Shown here: piece by piece, positions 8,035 through 17,282 of the stretch | Layout of the letters: the number at the start of each line of letters is the position of its first letter | How positions within the stretch are numbered: the stretch's first letter is position 1 | Position numbers and translations under genes: made by a program | Assembly: GCA_000175855.1 (NCBI GenBank) | Contig: ACYB01000001.1 | Location: 5,243 to 37,242 of the forward strand | Direction: 5' to 3' | DNA: 32,000 bases | DNA from: Raphidiopsis brookii D9 | Lineage (GTDB): Bacteria > Cyanobacteriota > Cyanobacteriia > Cyanobacteriales > Nostocaceae | The notes under the pieces: generated by a model | Seen by the model: the letters and a program-made list of their open reading frames with translations, nothing else | What the model was told of the DNA's origin: nothing | Databases searched by the model: none

Positions 8035-8766
8035 TTACAATCCATCATCTACATCTCCCCATAGGGGTAGATGACCGACCGGTGCGGTTATGGTAAAGTT
8101 AATATCAGAGTAGTCAAGCCATTTTCCTTCTCTTCTCCATCCTACTCGATCTCCAAATTCTCTCCAAATTAGAAGATCGTAGTTTTTACCCCCTCCTAAA
8201 CTCTCATATATTCTTCGCTGGACTGAGAAACCAAATTTTCCACCACTGTGTTCTAACCATAATTGGTCAATGATATGCAGGTCAAAACAGGGAAAATTCT
8301 CAATGTCCTGTAACTGTAAGTAGCCTTGTTCTGTTCGTTTTGCCACTATCAACATTATCTTTTGTGTTTCCAAATCTGCTTGTTTCCATTTCTTGGCCTT
8401 GAGCAATTTGTTTAGTTTCGTGTAAATATTAACTGCTGATCCTTCGGGAGTATGAGATGTGTCCGTAATTAGTGTTTTGTTGTTATTGATAGCGCTAATT
8501 AATCCACTACATTTAAATAGTAGACTGTAGACCACATCCTTGACCTCTGGGGTTTCTAGCTTGTCGTTGAGAATGCTAAGGAGGAATTTTGTCCCCTCCT
8601 TTCCATAGTTTAAGGCTTGCTGTATTATTTCTGTCCTTCTGTTAGGTGGAGAACTGTAATAGTTGATTATCAGTCCTGCTATTCCACTTACAGCAGGATT
8701 GTTTGGTACATTGTCAATACTGGTCAGTGCGGCATCGTATTTAGACAATTCTATTGTGTTGCTCAT
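8035..8766 (-). CDS. GUN4 domain-containing protein
   Basis: The C-terminal half reads W..AD.ET..IML.......GYL...DIENFPCFDLHIIDQLWLEHSGGKFGFSVQRRIY..LGG....W..FGDRVGWR..GKW..Y....F...AP.GHLPL, which matches the GUN4 porphyrin-binding domain. The N-terminal roughly 110 aa look helical and HEAT-like. Confidence 0.8.
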   Translation of the reverse strand: MSNTIELSKYDAALTSIDNVPNNPAVSGIAGLIINYYSSPPNRRTEIIQQALNYGKEGTKFLLSILNDKLETPEVKDVVYSLLFKCSGLISAINNNKTLITDTSHTPEGSAVNIYTKLNKLLKAKKWKQADLETQKIMLIVAKRTEQGYLQLQDIENFPCFDLHIIDQLWLEHSGGKFGFSVQRRIYESLGGGKNYDLLIWREFGDRVGWRREGKWLDYSDINFTITAPVGHLPLWGDVDDGL

Positions 8767-8869
8767 GAATATATCGGTAGATAGTTTTTACATGATTCTT
8801 ACTACAAGAGGTTTTATGAGATTACGGTTTGCTCGGCACATTTAGATACGCGAAAATTTTGCTCATTTA

Positions 8870-10861
8870 CTACTCATATTCATCCAAACTGTATATTTCC
8901 AAGTCACTATCCATTGATGCACCAATTCCTGCTAGATCAAAATTGTCATCTGTGAGCTGAGTGATTTGTCCCGAGAAGAATTCAGCCAAACTTTTAGCTG
9001 CTTTAGCTACTTGACTCTCGTTCCAGTTGGAAACTGACCCATTAGATGTAGGTGATTGATTGGTTGTGACTCTGGAATCTGATTCCCTGTTGTGTGGATG
9101 GGATGGAGTGCTTGGATTAGGTGTCAACTTATTGACTAGTGGTGGGTTACTAGCTGGATTGTTGACTGGATTATCAACTATTGTATCAACTGTTTCAATT
9201 TTGGGGGATGGGATTGGTTGTGGTACTGGTTGATAAACACGGGTGGAATCTTCTGGTATGGAATTTCTTCTGGTGGTGGTAGGCGAGGAATTTGTCTTTT
9301 CTAACTGAATCTCAATATGGCGCTGAAAGGTCTGATGAAAGGCATTTTGAATAATCCCTAGGTCTGATTTACCTTTCTCGTACCATGCTTGTTTAATGCC
9401 AATCTTGGCTAAATTACCATCAAATTCTAATAGTTGACTCATCTGACGGAGCATTTCTCTCCTGGATGCTGGTTGAAGATTGGCCAATACTTGATACCAA
9501 ATTTGATTTAGGTCATATTCGGATGATGATGGTATTTCTTGTCTTGTTATATTGGGTGTTTTATCAGATCCATTAGGTAGTGCTTCTGATGAGCTGGATG
9601 TAGCTTGTTCTGGGTAATGATGGGAATGCTGGGAATTATTGGTGGGAGGGTTTGCTTGTTGATAGTCTTGTCGATAAACATGGGATGGTGACACATTGTG
9701 GTTAGTCCCATTCTGGTTTTGTATATTCCCTAGATGGAGTGATGGGTTAGATGGAGCTACCATGGAGTTCTGGGTAATAGGTAGCAGTCCCAGTAGGGTC
9801 ACTTCTAGCCATAAACGCGGCTGGGTGGTACTCTTTAATTGTGCTTCGGCTGTTCTTAATTGTTGCTGTCCACGTAAAATAAATGTTATGTCTAATTCAG
9901 TCGCAAAGTTCACTAATTGTTGCCATGTTTCTTGAGTACAACTCACTAGATCCTGACGGCTAGAGGCAGTTTTAGCTATCAGTAAATCTCGGTAAAAAGC
10001 CCCCAGATTTTGCAGAATAATTAGGGGTTCTCTACCCCTGTCTAAAATCTTGCGTGTGTTATCTAGTACATTCTCACTGTCATTTTGAGCGATCGCCTGT
10101 AATAGGGCAAATAAATCCTTTTCGCTAACGGATCCGACTAAATCCCAAACTTGCTCTGGGGAAACGTCTCCGGGTAATAAAGCCAATTGGTCTAATAAAC
10201 TTTCAGCATCTCGTAAACCCCCCTGAGATATTTGGGCAACTAGGGTAATAGCGTCTTGGGAAATAGGGATATTTTCGTTATGAGCGATTTTAGATAAATG
10301 TTTTACCATTGCTTCCAACTGAATCCGGCGAAAGTCAAATCTTTGACAACGGGAAATAATAGTTGGCAATACTCTTTGAGGGTCAGTTGTAGCCAGGACA
10401 AAAACTACGTGTTTAGGTGGTTCCTCTAAGGTTTTAAGTAGTGCATTAAATGCTGCCGTACTTAACATGTGACACTCATCAATTACATAAACCTTATATC
10501 GACACTGGACGGGGGCAAATTGGGCCTTTTCTATTAGTTCGCGAATATTATCCACACCCGTATTACTAGCAGCGTCAATTTCAATCACATCCAGGGAATA
10601 ACCCTTGGTAATGCCTTGACAAATATCACATACACCACAGGGGGTGGGAGTGGGATGACCACTTTGGAGACAATTTAATGATTTGGCCAAAATCCTCGCA
10701 CTGGAAGTTTTCCCCGTACCCCTGGGACCTGTAAATAAATAAGCTGGAGCAACCTTGACTAAACTAATAGCATTTGTCAGTGTGGTGGCAATTGCTTCCT
10801 GTCCAACTAGTTCAGCAAAACTCTTGGGGCGATACTTATGATGTAGGGGCTCGTAGGACAT
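8870..10861 (-). CDS. dnaX: DNA polymerase III subunit gamma/tau
   Basis: The sequence shows HHKYRPKSFAELVGQE, the Walker A PRGTGKTSSARILAKSLNC, a Cys-rich zinc module (CGVCDICQ), the Walker B YVIDECHML, and the SRCQRF sensor. A long low-complexity linker precedes a C-terminal domain. Confidence 0.9.
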   Translation of the reverse strand: MSYEPLHHKYRPKSFAELVGQEAIATTLTNAISLVKVAPAYLFTGPRGTGKTSSARILAKSLNCLQSGHPTPTPCGVCDICQGITKGYSLDVIEIDAASNTGVDNIRELIEKAQFAPVQCRYKVYVIDECHMLSTAAFNALLKTLEEPPKHVVFVLATTDPQRVLPTIISRCQRFDFRRIQLEAMVKHLSKIAHNENIPISQDAITLVAQISQGGLRDAESLLDQLALLPGDVSPEQVWDLVGSVSEKDLFALLQAIAQNDSENVLDNTRKILDRGREPLIILQNLGAFYRDLLIAKTASSRQDLVSCTQETWQQLVNFATELDITFILRGQQQLRTAEAQLKSTTQPRLWLEVTLLGLLPITQNSMVAPSNPSLHLGNIQNQNGTNHNVSPSHVYRQDYQQANPPTNNSQHSHHYPEQATSSSSEALPNGSDKTPNITRQEIPSSSEYDLNQIWYQVLANLQPASRREMLRQMSQLLEFDGNLAKIGIKQAWYEKGKSDLGIIQNAFHQTFQRHIEIQLEKTNSSPTTTRRNSIPEDSTRVYQPVPQPIPSPKIETVDTIVDNPVNNPASNPPLVNKLTPNPSTPSHPHNRESDSRVTTNQSPTSNGSVSNWNESQVAKAAKSLAEFFSGQITQLTDDNFDLAGIGASMDSDLEIYSLDEYE

Positions 10862-11175
10862 GGGTAGTCTAGTTTCTATACCAGAATATAATTAGATCAA
10901 GTTCGACCAGTCAATACGTTTTAATTCTAGGCAATTTTGAAACATTATTAGCAAATATTTAACCATGTTACATCACGTCTAACAATTCTTAGGTGTTCGA
11001 TTTGCTCCAAGGGTTAGAAGTTAAGGACCTCAAACAACTATACTTATACTAACCCCCAAAGCCTAGATTGTCAATTGAGTCATGCTTTGCTGTTTGATCT
11101 GGGTTGGGGGTTCATCTTTACCCGGACATTTTTAGATAAAGGTAAACCCTTGCTTCCAAACCTATCCAAACTTAA

Positions 11176-11820
11176 ATGATAGAACAAATGTTAAACCGTG
11201 TAGTTAAATGGCTTAAACAAATTCTAAAAAGAGTATCTCAAGCCTTATCTGGTCAAAGACGTAGATCTAGCCAGTCGCCACAAAATGGCGAGGAAAAGAG
11301 CATACCACCCTTAAGTGACACAGATTTAGAATTTTTGTTCACAGAACTTTTGACAGGGGTTCGTCAGGCCAAGGGACGGACCTGGGCGCGAAACTGGTTA
11401 CATCAAATTGAACATCGGGTCACTACTGGTCAATGGTTAGACTGGTTACACAAGTTTGGTAATAAATTATTAAATTCCAAAAATCCCCACAACGAGATGG
11501 CATCTCGTCTAGTACAGTTAGGGGAGTTAGACGTAGGTGAAGTAGGTGATCTAGCCTATGAGATAGGCATGGAGTTATTAACTCGCATTCCCATAGAACC
11601 AATATGGGAATATGACGGACCCGACGGGGAGATAGTAGAAAGTCCAGCAGAGGAAAACTTATCCTTAGAAGAACAAGTAGTAACTCAGGATGATTTATTG
11701 GCTATTTTGCGAGAAAATGAACCCCTGCGCCGACAAATATCTCAAGATCTACAAATAGATTCGGATGATCCCCAGGTGATTCTTGAGGGTATAATCGACC
11801 AAGCAAAAGAGAATCCCTAA
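11176..11820 (+). CDS. Hypothetical protein (214 aa)
   Basis: This is a clean ORF with a basic N-terminus and an acidic C-terminus. I could not recognise a family. Confidence 0.5.
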   Translation: MIEQMLNRVVKWLKQILKRVSQALSGQRRRSSQSPQNGEEKSIPPLSDTDLEFLFTELLTGVRQAKGRTWARNWLHQIEHRVTTGQWLDWLHKFGNKLLNSKNPHNEMASRLVQLGELDVGEVGDLAYEIGMELLTRIPIEPIWEYDGPDGEIVESPAEENLSLEEQVVTQDDLLAILRENEPLRRQISQDLQIDSDDPQVILEGIIDQAKENP

Positions 11821-11827
11821 CTCACTT

Positions 11828-11846
11828 CGGTTAAGACATTTAACCG
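11828..11846 (+). terminator. Stem-loop immediately after the stop of the 11176-11820 gene
   Basis: CGGTTAA-gacat-TTAACCG forms a 7-bp stem with a 5-nt loop, 8 nt after the stop. No T-run follows, so terminator function is uncertain. Confidence 0.3.
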
Positions 11847-12135
11847 CCAACAACTCACCTGGATTTGAGAATTTTATTCTATTGTGTTCTCCAAAGAGTT
11901 GGAAAAAATTTTTAGATGTGATAGAATAATCTATCTAAAAGATAATATGTGTAAGCCTAGCTTCCGGGCTAGGATCAGGTAAGGATGTAAGTGTAGATTT
12001 ACAAGGGACTGGCCAAGTACCCCCTAGGGGATAGCTTAACTAGTTTTTTGCTACACTATAAACAATCGCCTTATGGCATATAGATCGTTAACTTTGACAA
12101 AAACTTACGGAGACTAGAACCAGGAACAAATCAGC

Positions 12136-13167
12136 ATGGTCAATCAGAACTTAACCGCCAAAGAAATTGGATTTACTCACGAAGATTTCGCTGCTCTACT
12201 TGATAAGTACGATTATCACTTCAGCCCTGGTGATATTGTACCAGGTACAGTGTTTAGTATAGAGCCGCGTGGCGCTCTGATTGACATTGGTGCTAAAACA
12301 GCAGCATACATACCTATACAGGAAATGTCTATTAACCGGGTGGATGCCCCGGAAGAAGTCTTACAATCAAATGAAACGCGGGAATTTTTCATTCTCACTG
12401 ATGAAAACGAAGATGGTCAGTTGACTCTGTCTATTCGTCGTATTGAATACATGAGAGCATGGGAAAGAGTGCGGCAATTACAGAAAGAAGATGCCACTGT
12501 CCGTTCTGATGTTTTTGCAACTAATCGTGGCGGTGCATTAGTACGAATCGAAGGACTCAGGGGTTTCATTCCCGGTTCCCATATTAGCACTCGCAAGCCC
12601 AAAGAAGAACTAGTAGGGGAACAACTGCCCTTAAAATTCCTAGAAGTGGATGAGGAGCGTAACCGCTTGGTCCTCTCCCATCGTCGGGCACTGGTTGAAC
12701 GTAAGATGAACCGCTTGGAAGTGGGAGAGGTAGTAATTGGTACTGTTCGCGGCATCAAACCTTATGGTGCATTTATTGATATTGGTGGTGTAAGCGGACT
12801 ACTACATATCTCTGAAATCTCTCAGGAGCATATAGACACGCCCCATAGTGTATTTAATGTAAATGACGAAGTAAAAGTCATGATCATTGATTTAGATGCT
12901 GAGAGAGGTCGTATTTCCCTATCTACCAAGCAATTGGAGCCCGAACCCGGGGACATGATTAAGAATCGTGATTTAGTCTATGACAAGGCTGAAGAAATGG
13001 CAGCTAAGTATAGGGAACAAATGTTAGCTAAACAGCAGGGTATTGCCGTTGCACCAGTGGAAGGATCAGAAACCGCACCGGTGGAAGAACTAGAAGTAGT
13101 TGCTGAAACCGAAGTTCCACCAGCAATTGAAGTGGAAGAAGAAATCCCGGTGGCGGTGGAAGAGTAA
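12136..13167 (+). CDS. rpsA: 30S ribosomal protein S1 (cyanobacterial Rps1 type)
   Basis: There are three S1 RNA-binding repeats (GDIVPGTV..GALIDIGAKT.AYIP, GGALVRIEGLRGFIPGSH, GEVVIGTVRGIKPYGAFIDIGGVSGLLHISE). The acidic C-terminal tail is typical of the cyanobacterial protein. Confidence 0.9.
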   Translation: MVNQNLTAKEIGFTHEDFAALLDKYDYHFSPGDIVPGTVFSIEPRGALIDIGAKTAAYIPIQEMSINRVDAPEEVLQSNETREFFILTDENEDGQLTLSIRRIEYMRAWERVRQLQKEDATVRSDVFATNRGGALVRIEGLRGFIPGSHISTRKPKEELVGEQLPLKFLEVDEERNRLVLSHRRALVERKMNRLEVGEVVIGTVRGIKPYGAFIDIGGVSGLLHISEISQEHIDTPHSVFNVNDEVKVMIIDLDAERGRISLSTKQLEPEPGDMIKNRDLVYDKAEEMAAKYREQMLAKQQGIAVAPVEGSETAPVEELEVVAETEVPPAIEVEEEIPVAVEE

Positions 13168-13206
13168 CATATCTGTTGTGGTTATCTACAGCAAAACACT
13201 TAAACA

Positions 13207-13236
13207 AGAGGGTAATTCCCCTCTTTTTTATTTTTG
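13207..13236 (+). terminator. Rho-independent terminator of rpsA
   Basis: AGAGGG-taattc-CCCTCT is followed by TTTTTTATTTTT, about 40 nt after the rpsA stop. Confidence 0.65.
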
Positions 13237-13282
13237 CTAACTGGCATTGTTAATCTTAATTAGTCTTATGGAGGTTAGACAC

Positions 13283-14017
13283 ATGGTTACTATTAAATGT
13301 GGTAACGTTGTCTTTTCAGATATTCAGGCAGTTTTATTCGATAAAAATGGTACTTTAGAAGACTCAGAAGATTTTTTAAGATCCCTAGGTCAAAAAGCAG
13401 TAAGACTAATAGACGCGCAAATTCCCGGTATTGGGGAACCATTGTCAATGGCGTTGGGGATTAGTGGAGATGTGTTAGATTTAACAGGTTTAATGGCCGT
13501 AGCCAGTCGCAAGGAAACGGAAATTGCTGCTGCTGCTTACATTGCGGAAACTGGTAGGGGATGGTTTGATTGTTTAAAAATTGCCCGTCAAGCTTTAAAA
13601 GAAGCTCATGAATATATTGGACAAAACCCATCCTCTTTATATCCAGGAGTCTTAGAGCTGTTGGAGTTATTATCATCCCGGGGAACAAAACTGGGGATTC
13701 TTTCAGCTGCGACCACTAAAGGTGTGAAGCAGTTTGTTACTTGTTATGGTTTGAGAGACTATCTAGAATTAGAAATGGGAGTGGATGAGGGCCTTGGTAA
13801 ACCAGATCCTAGGTTGTTTTTACAAGCTTGTAATACCTTAGGCGTGCAGCCTCAAAATGCTTTAATGGTAGGGGATTCTATAGGTGATATGCAAATGGCA
13901 CGAGATGCTAAAGCAGGGGGTTGTATAGGGATTACCTGGAACAATAACTTGGCACAGGTACGGGGAGCGGATGTGGTTATCCATCAACTTGCTGACATCC
14001 AAGTTTTAACTAATTAA
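13283..14017 (+). CDS. HAD-superfamily hydrolase
   Basis: The HAD motifs are present: motif I AVLFDKNGTL, motif II ILSAATT, motif III GKPDP and motif IV VGDSIGDM. I chose the start at 13283 because GGAGG lies 8 nt upstream. The track TTG at 13247 would overlap the rpsA terminator region. Confidence 0.75.
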   Translation: MVTIKCGNVVFSDIQAVLFDKNGTLEDSEDFLRSLGQKAVRLIDAQIPGIGEPLSMALGISGDVLDLTGLMAVASRKETEIAAAAYIAETGRGWFDCLKIARQALKEAHEYIGQNPSSLYPGVLELLELLSSRGTKLGILSAATTKGVKQFVTCYGLRDYLELEMGVDEGLGKPDPRLFLQACNTLGVQPQNALMVGDSIGDMQMARDAKAGGCIGITWNNNLAQVRGADVVIHQLADIQVLTN

Positions 14018-14035
14018 TGGCCTGATCTGGAAAGC

Positions 14036-15247
14036 TCACGGTTTCAATCCAGCAATTTTCTGGACAAAATAACCCTCTTGGTATTTTAGTTCTCGGGCAA
14101 TTTTTAATCCCTGCTCAAAAGCTATTAAAGCGTTGGCACTTTCTTCTTTCTGTACATAAATATCCCCCAGTTGATCATAGGCTTGCATTAGTCCATAAAA
14201 ATTTCTGGCTAGGGTTTGGGTTTCTAGGAGAATTTTACTAGCTTGTAATGCTTCTCCAATTTGATTTTGGGAACGATAAAGATCAATGAGTTTTTCTAAT
14301 GCTTCACCAGCGCTTAGATACATTTGCAATTGCCAAGCAATAATATAAGCCTCTTGATAACTGTTCAATGCTGGTTGGAGAAAGGAAGGATTTTGTGGTA
14401 CTAGGGACTGATAATTTTCTGCTATTGCTATTTTTATCCGGGGAATTGCCTGCTGGTTGTCTTGTTGATTGTAAATTGATGCTAACTGATTGAGTATATT
14501 AATTGCTTTAAGGGGTTGTTTACTTTGTTCAAAAATATAAGCCAGTTGTTGTAAATACCTTAATTGATTGGTTCTATCACCTCTAGTTACTGCTAAATTC
14601 AGTAGCTCTTGATATGTGATCGCAGCTTGGGAATAATTAAACCAATTTAGATGTAACTCACCTATTTGATTCAGAGTTTCCACCTCAGCAACCAGGTCAT
14701 TTTCACGTTTGACCAGACTTAGAACCCGCTCATAAACCTTCACTGCTAACTGAGGAGAACGTACATTTTGATATCCTACCCCTAGCGATCGCCATAGTTG
14801 TAAATCAGCACTTTTTTCATTTTGTAACTGGGTTTCAATTTTCCGTAAGCTCTGGGTGATATACTGTACCTGTTGTCGATTATTTTCTCGCCAGGCAATT
14901 GCACCTACTCTTGATATTGCTTGTACTTGTGATAACAGACCTAAAAATCGTCTTAGTCGCAATTCTCGATTCCACATAGAAAAAGCAGTTTCTTGATCTC
15001 CACTTTCTAACCTGATTGTAGCCTGTTGATTCAACTCATCTAAGGCAGCTTCTAAGGTTTTTAATTCTTCCGTAGTTAATGGTTTTTCGTTGACATTACT
15101 CCTAATGAGGGAGTCTGGTATATTAGTTTCTAGGGGATTGGGGGAAAACTTATCTATTGTTGGTTTGGGATTTTGTGCCAGTGTCACAAAACTTGACAAA
15201 TGCCAGATAATAATACTAACTACCACATAATTTAATGTTTTGAGCAT
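14036..15247 (-). CDS. TPR-repeat protein with N-terminal signal peptide or anchor
   Basis: The N-terminus MLKTLNYVVVSIIIWHLSSFVTLAQ is hydrophobic. The body contains repeated 34-aa-like helical units (A..Y...L.....G...) throughout. Confidence 0.7.
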   Translation of the reverse strand: MLKTLNYVVVSIIIWHLSSFVTLAQNPKPTIDKFSPNPLETNIPDSLIRSNVNEKPLTTEELKTLEAALDELNQQATIRLESGDQETAFSMWNRELRLRRFLGLLSQVQAISRVGAIAWRENNRQQVQYITQSLRKIETQLQNEKSADLQLWRSLGVGYQNVRSPQLAVKVYERVLSLVKRENDLVAEVETLNQIGELHLNWFNYSQAAITYQELLNLAVTRGDRTNQLRYLQQLAYIFEQSKQPLKAINILNQLASIYNQQDNQQAIPRIKIAIAENYQSLVPQNPSFLQPALNSYQEAYIIAWQLQMYLSAGEALEKLIDLYRSQNQIGEALQASKILLETQTLARNFYGLMQAYDQLGDIYVQKEESANALIAFEQGLKIARELKYQEGYFVQKIAGLKP

Positions 15248-15313
15248 AAATTACCCACCTTCTCCAGTATAACTAAACCGTGAAATTACCATATTTAGGC
15301 CTCTTTACCCCTT

Positions 15314-16093
15314 ATGAGTAAACTCATCCCCGCCCTCAGCATCAAAAACTTTAATTTTTATTACAACAATCGAAAAATCCTTGAGGGTGTATCAATGAAT
15401 ATATCTCAAAACAAAATCACAGCCATGATTGGGCCTAGTGGTTGTGGCAAATCTACTTTTCTAAAATCTCTTAACCGTATGAGTGAACTAGAAGGAGAAG
15501 TGAAATTAGAAGGAACAGTAGAATTTTTTGGACAAAATATCCATGGTAAACGGGTAAATTTAAATCGTCTTCGCCGTCAGATTAGTATGATCTATGCCCT
15601 ACCAAATCTTTTCCCCATCAGCATCTATGACAATGTGGTCTACGGGGTAAAATTAATTGGCTGGCATCCCAAAGCAGAATTAGATGAAATAGTAGAGATA
15701 GCACTCAAGAGGGCAAATATTTGGGAGGAGTTGAAAAATAAAATGCACAAATCAGCCCTAGAATTGTCTATAGGACAACAACAAAGACTTTGTATTGCCC
15801 GATCCCTAGCTGTAAAACCACAGGTACTATTAATAGATGAATTTTGTCTAGGACTAGACCCCATTGCCATTAGAAAGATGGAAGAACTCATAGAGTGTTT
15901 GCGATCGGAGTTAACAATTGTGTTTGTTTCTCACAATATCCAACAGGTTTTAAGACTATCAGATTTTACTGCCATATTTCAATACAATCAAAATCATGTT
16001 GGGAATCTGGCAGATTTTGGTCCTAGCAAAAGAATCATAGCGAATAGTTTTCACCATCGGATTCGGGATTCTATAGGTAACTATTGGCGATAG
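15314..16093 (+). CDS. PstB-like ABC-transporter ATPase with degenerate motifs
   Basis: The protein is collinear with PstB (NFYY.., GPSGCGKST, ISIYDNVVYG, QQQRLCIAR, SHNIQQ). It departs from PstB in the Q-loop and signature motifs; see the finding for this gene. Confidence 0.75.
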   Translation: MSKLIPALSIKNFNFYYNNRKILEGVSMNISQNKITAMIGPSGCGKSTFLKSLNRMSELEGEVKLEGTVEFFGQNIHGKRVNLNRLRRQISMIYALPNLFPISIYDNVVYGVKLIGWHPKAELDEIVEIALKRANIWEELKNKMHKSALELSIGQQQRLCIARSLAVKPQVLLIDEFCLGLDPIAIRKMEELIECLRSELTIVFVSHNIQQVLRLSDFTAIFQYNQNHVGNLADFGPSKRIIANSFHHRIRDSIGNYWR

Positions 16094-16100
16094 GTCGGTT

Positions 16101-16658
16101 TTAAGGTTTTAGGACTAGAAATGAACGAGCTAAGAAAAAGCTAGTAACCGTTTTAGCGTCTACAGGCTCTCCTCTATCAATAGCGGTTTCTAATTCTGCA
16201 GGGGATAAAAATACAGTTTCAATATCTTCATCTTCATCTTGCTGGGGGGGTGTTTCCAGTTTTTCCAAATCCCGAGCTAAAAAAGCATAGATAATTTCAT
16301 CGGAATAACCAGGTGCTAGGAAAAATTCTCCTAACTTATCCCACTGATGAGCTTTGTAACCAATTTCTTCTTGAATTTCTCTTTGTACTGTTGTCAAGGG
16401 CTTTTCATTTGGTTCCACAGTACCAGCAGGAAATTCTAACAACCTTCCCTGAACTGCAAAACGATATTGGCGCACCAGAATTAATTTGCCATCATCAGTA
16501 ACTGGAATGGCTAAAGCACCACCGGGATGACGAATACATTCCCATTCTCCTTCCGACTTGTTTGGTAACCGTAAACGACTCACTTCAAAGTCGAATTTGC
16601 GACCCTTATGGAATAAACGTTGCTTAAGCAACTGTGGCAATTCTCTACCTAATGGCAT
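16101..16658 (-). CDS. NUDIX hydrolase (ADP-ribose pyrophosphatase-like)
   Basis: A complete Nudix box is present: GTVEPNEKPLTTVQREIQEEIGY (Gx5Ex7REUxEExGU). Confidence 0.8.
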   Translation of the reverse strand: MPLGRELPQLLKQRLFHKGRKFDFEVSRLRLPNKSEGEWECIRHPGGALAIPVTDDGKLILVRQYRFAVQGRLLEFPAGTVEPNEKPLTTVQREIQEEIGYKAHQWDKLGEFFLAPGYSDEIIYAFLARDLEKLETPPQQDEDEDIETVFLSPAELETAIDRGEPVDAKTVTSFFLARSFLVLKP

Positions 16659-16715
16659 AATAAACTTCTAATTTTGGCAACTACTAGGAATACATACGGG
16701 GAGCAAGTCATACAA

Positions 16716-17237
16716 TCAGGGCCTTCGGATAATAGTTTTCACAGCTGAACCACTACACAAGTGTACATCAGAATGGTCTACATTTCTCAATAGATTCCTA
16801 ATTGTCATTCCAGATATGGGATCTTGCCAGTCTCCAGCAATTTCTTCTAAAGGAACTAATACAAAACCTCGTTCATACATTCGTGGATGGGGAATTTGCA
16901 GGTTGGACTGATTTAAAATTAGGTTATCATATATTAACAAGTCCAAGTCTAAGGTTCTTGCTCCCCAACGTTCTAGGCGCACGCGACCGAACTGTTGTTC
17001 CACTGCCAATAAGCTGGCTAATAGGTCATGAGGTGACATTGTTACCTCAAGTATAGCACAAGCATTTAAATAATCTGGTTGAGATGGACCCACAGCTTTG
17101 GTTCTATAAAAACTAGATGTAGATTTTATAAGTAAGCCCGGGATTTGAGATAATGTGTCTAAGCATGATGATAGAATACTGGTTGAATCGCCCAGGTTAC
17201 TGCCTAGGGCAATTGCAGTTTTATGAGTACTCCCCAT
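16716..17237 (-). CDS. folK: 2-amino-4-hydroxy-6-hydroxymethyldihydropteridine diphosphokinase
   Basis: IALGSNLGDS, SSFYRTKAVGPSQPDYLNA, RWGARTLDLDLLIY, LQIPHPRMYERGFVLVPLEEI are the HPPK hallmark blocks. Confidence 0.85.
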   Translation of the reverse strand: MGSTHKTAIALGSNLGDSTSILSSCLDTLSQIPGLLIKSTSSFYRTKAVGPSQPDYLNACAILEVTMSPHDLLASLLAVEQQFGRVRLERWGARTLDLDLLIYDNLILNQSNLQIPHPRMYERGFVLVPLEEIAGDWQDPISGMTIRNLLRNVDHSDVHLCSGSAVKTIIRRP

Positions 17238-17282
17238 GTTAACTAGGTCCGAAACCAGGGTTCGGTGAGTAATGAGTTTTGA

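Noticed and set aside
8870-10861. Programmed frameshift site or intein in dnaX
   Set aside because: No A AAA AAG-type slippery heptamer was seen on the coding strand. The ORF is continuous, with no intein-like insertion in the ATPase core.
11956-12030. Short hairpin CCTAGC-ttccgg-GCTAGG and palindrome CCCCTAGGGG in the rpsA leader as a possible S1 autoregulatory element
   Set aside because: The stems are short (4-6 bp) and I cannot show conservation. This is too weak to call a feature without comparative data.
12417-12758. 113-aa minus-strand ORF
   Set aside because: It lies antisense to rpsA. Its Arg/Ser/Thr-rich composition is typical of the reverse frame of a highly expressed gene.
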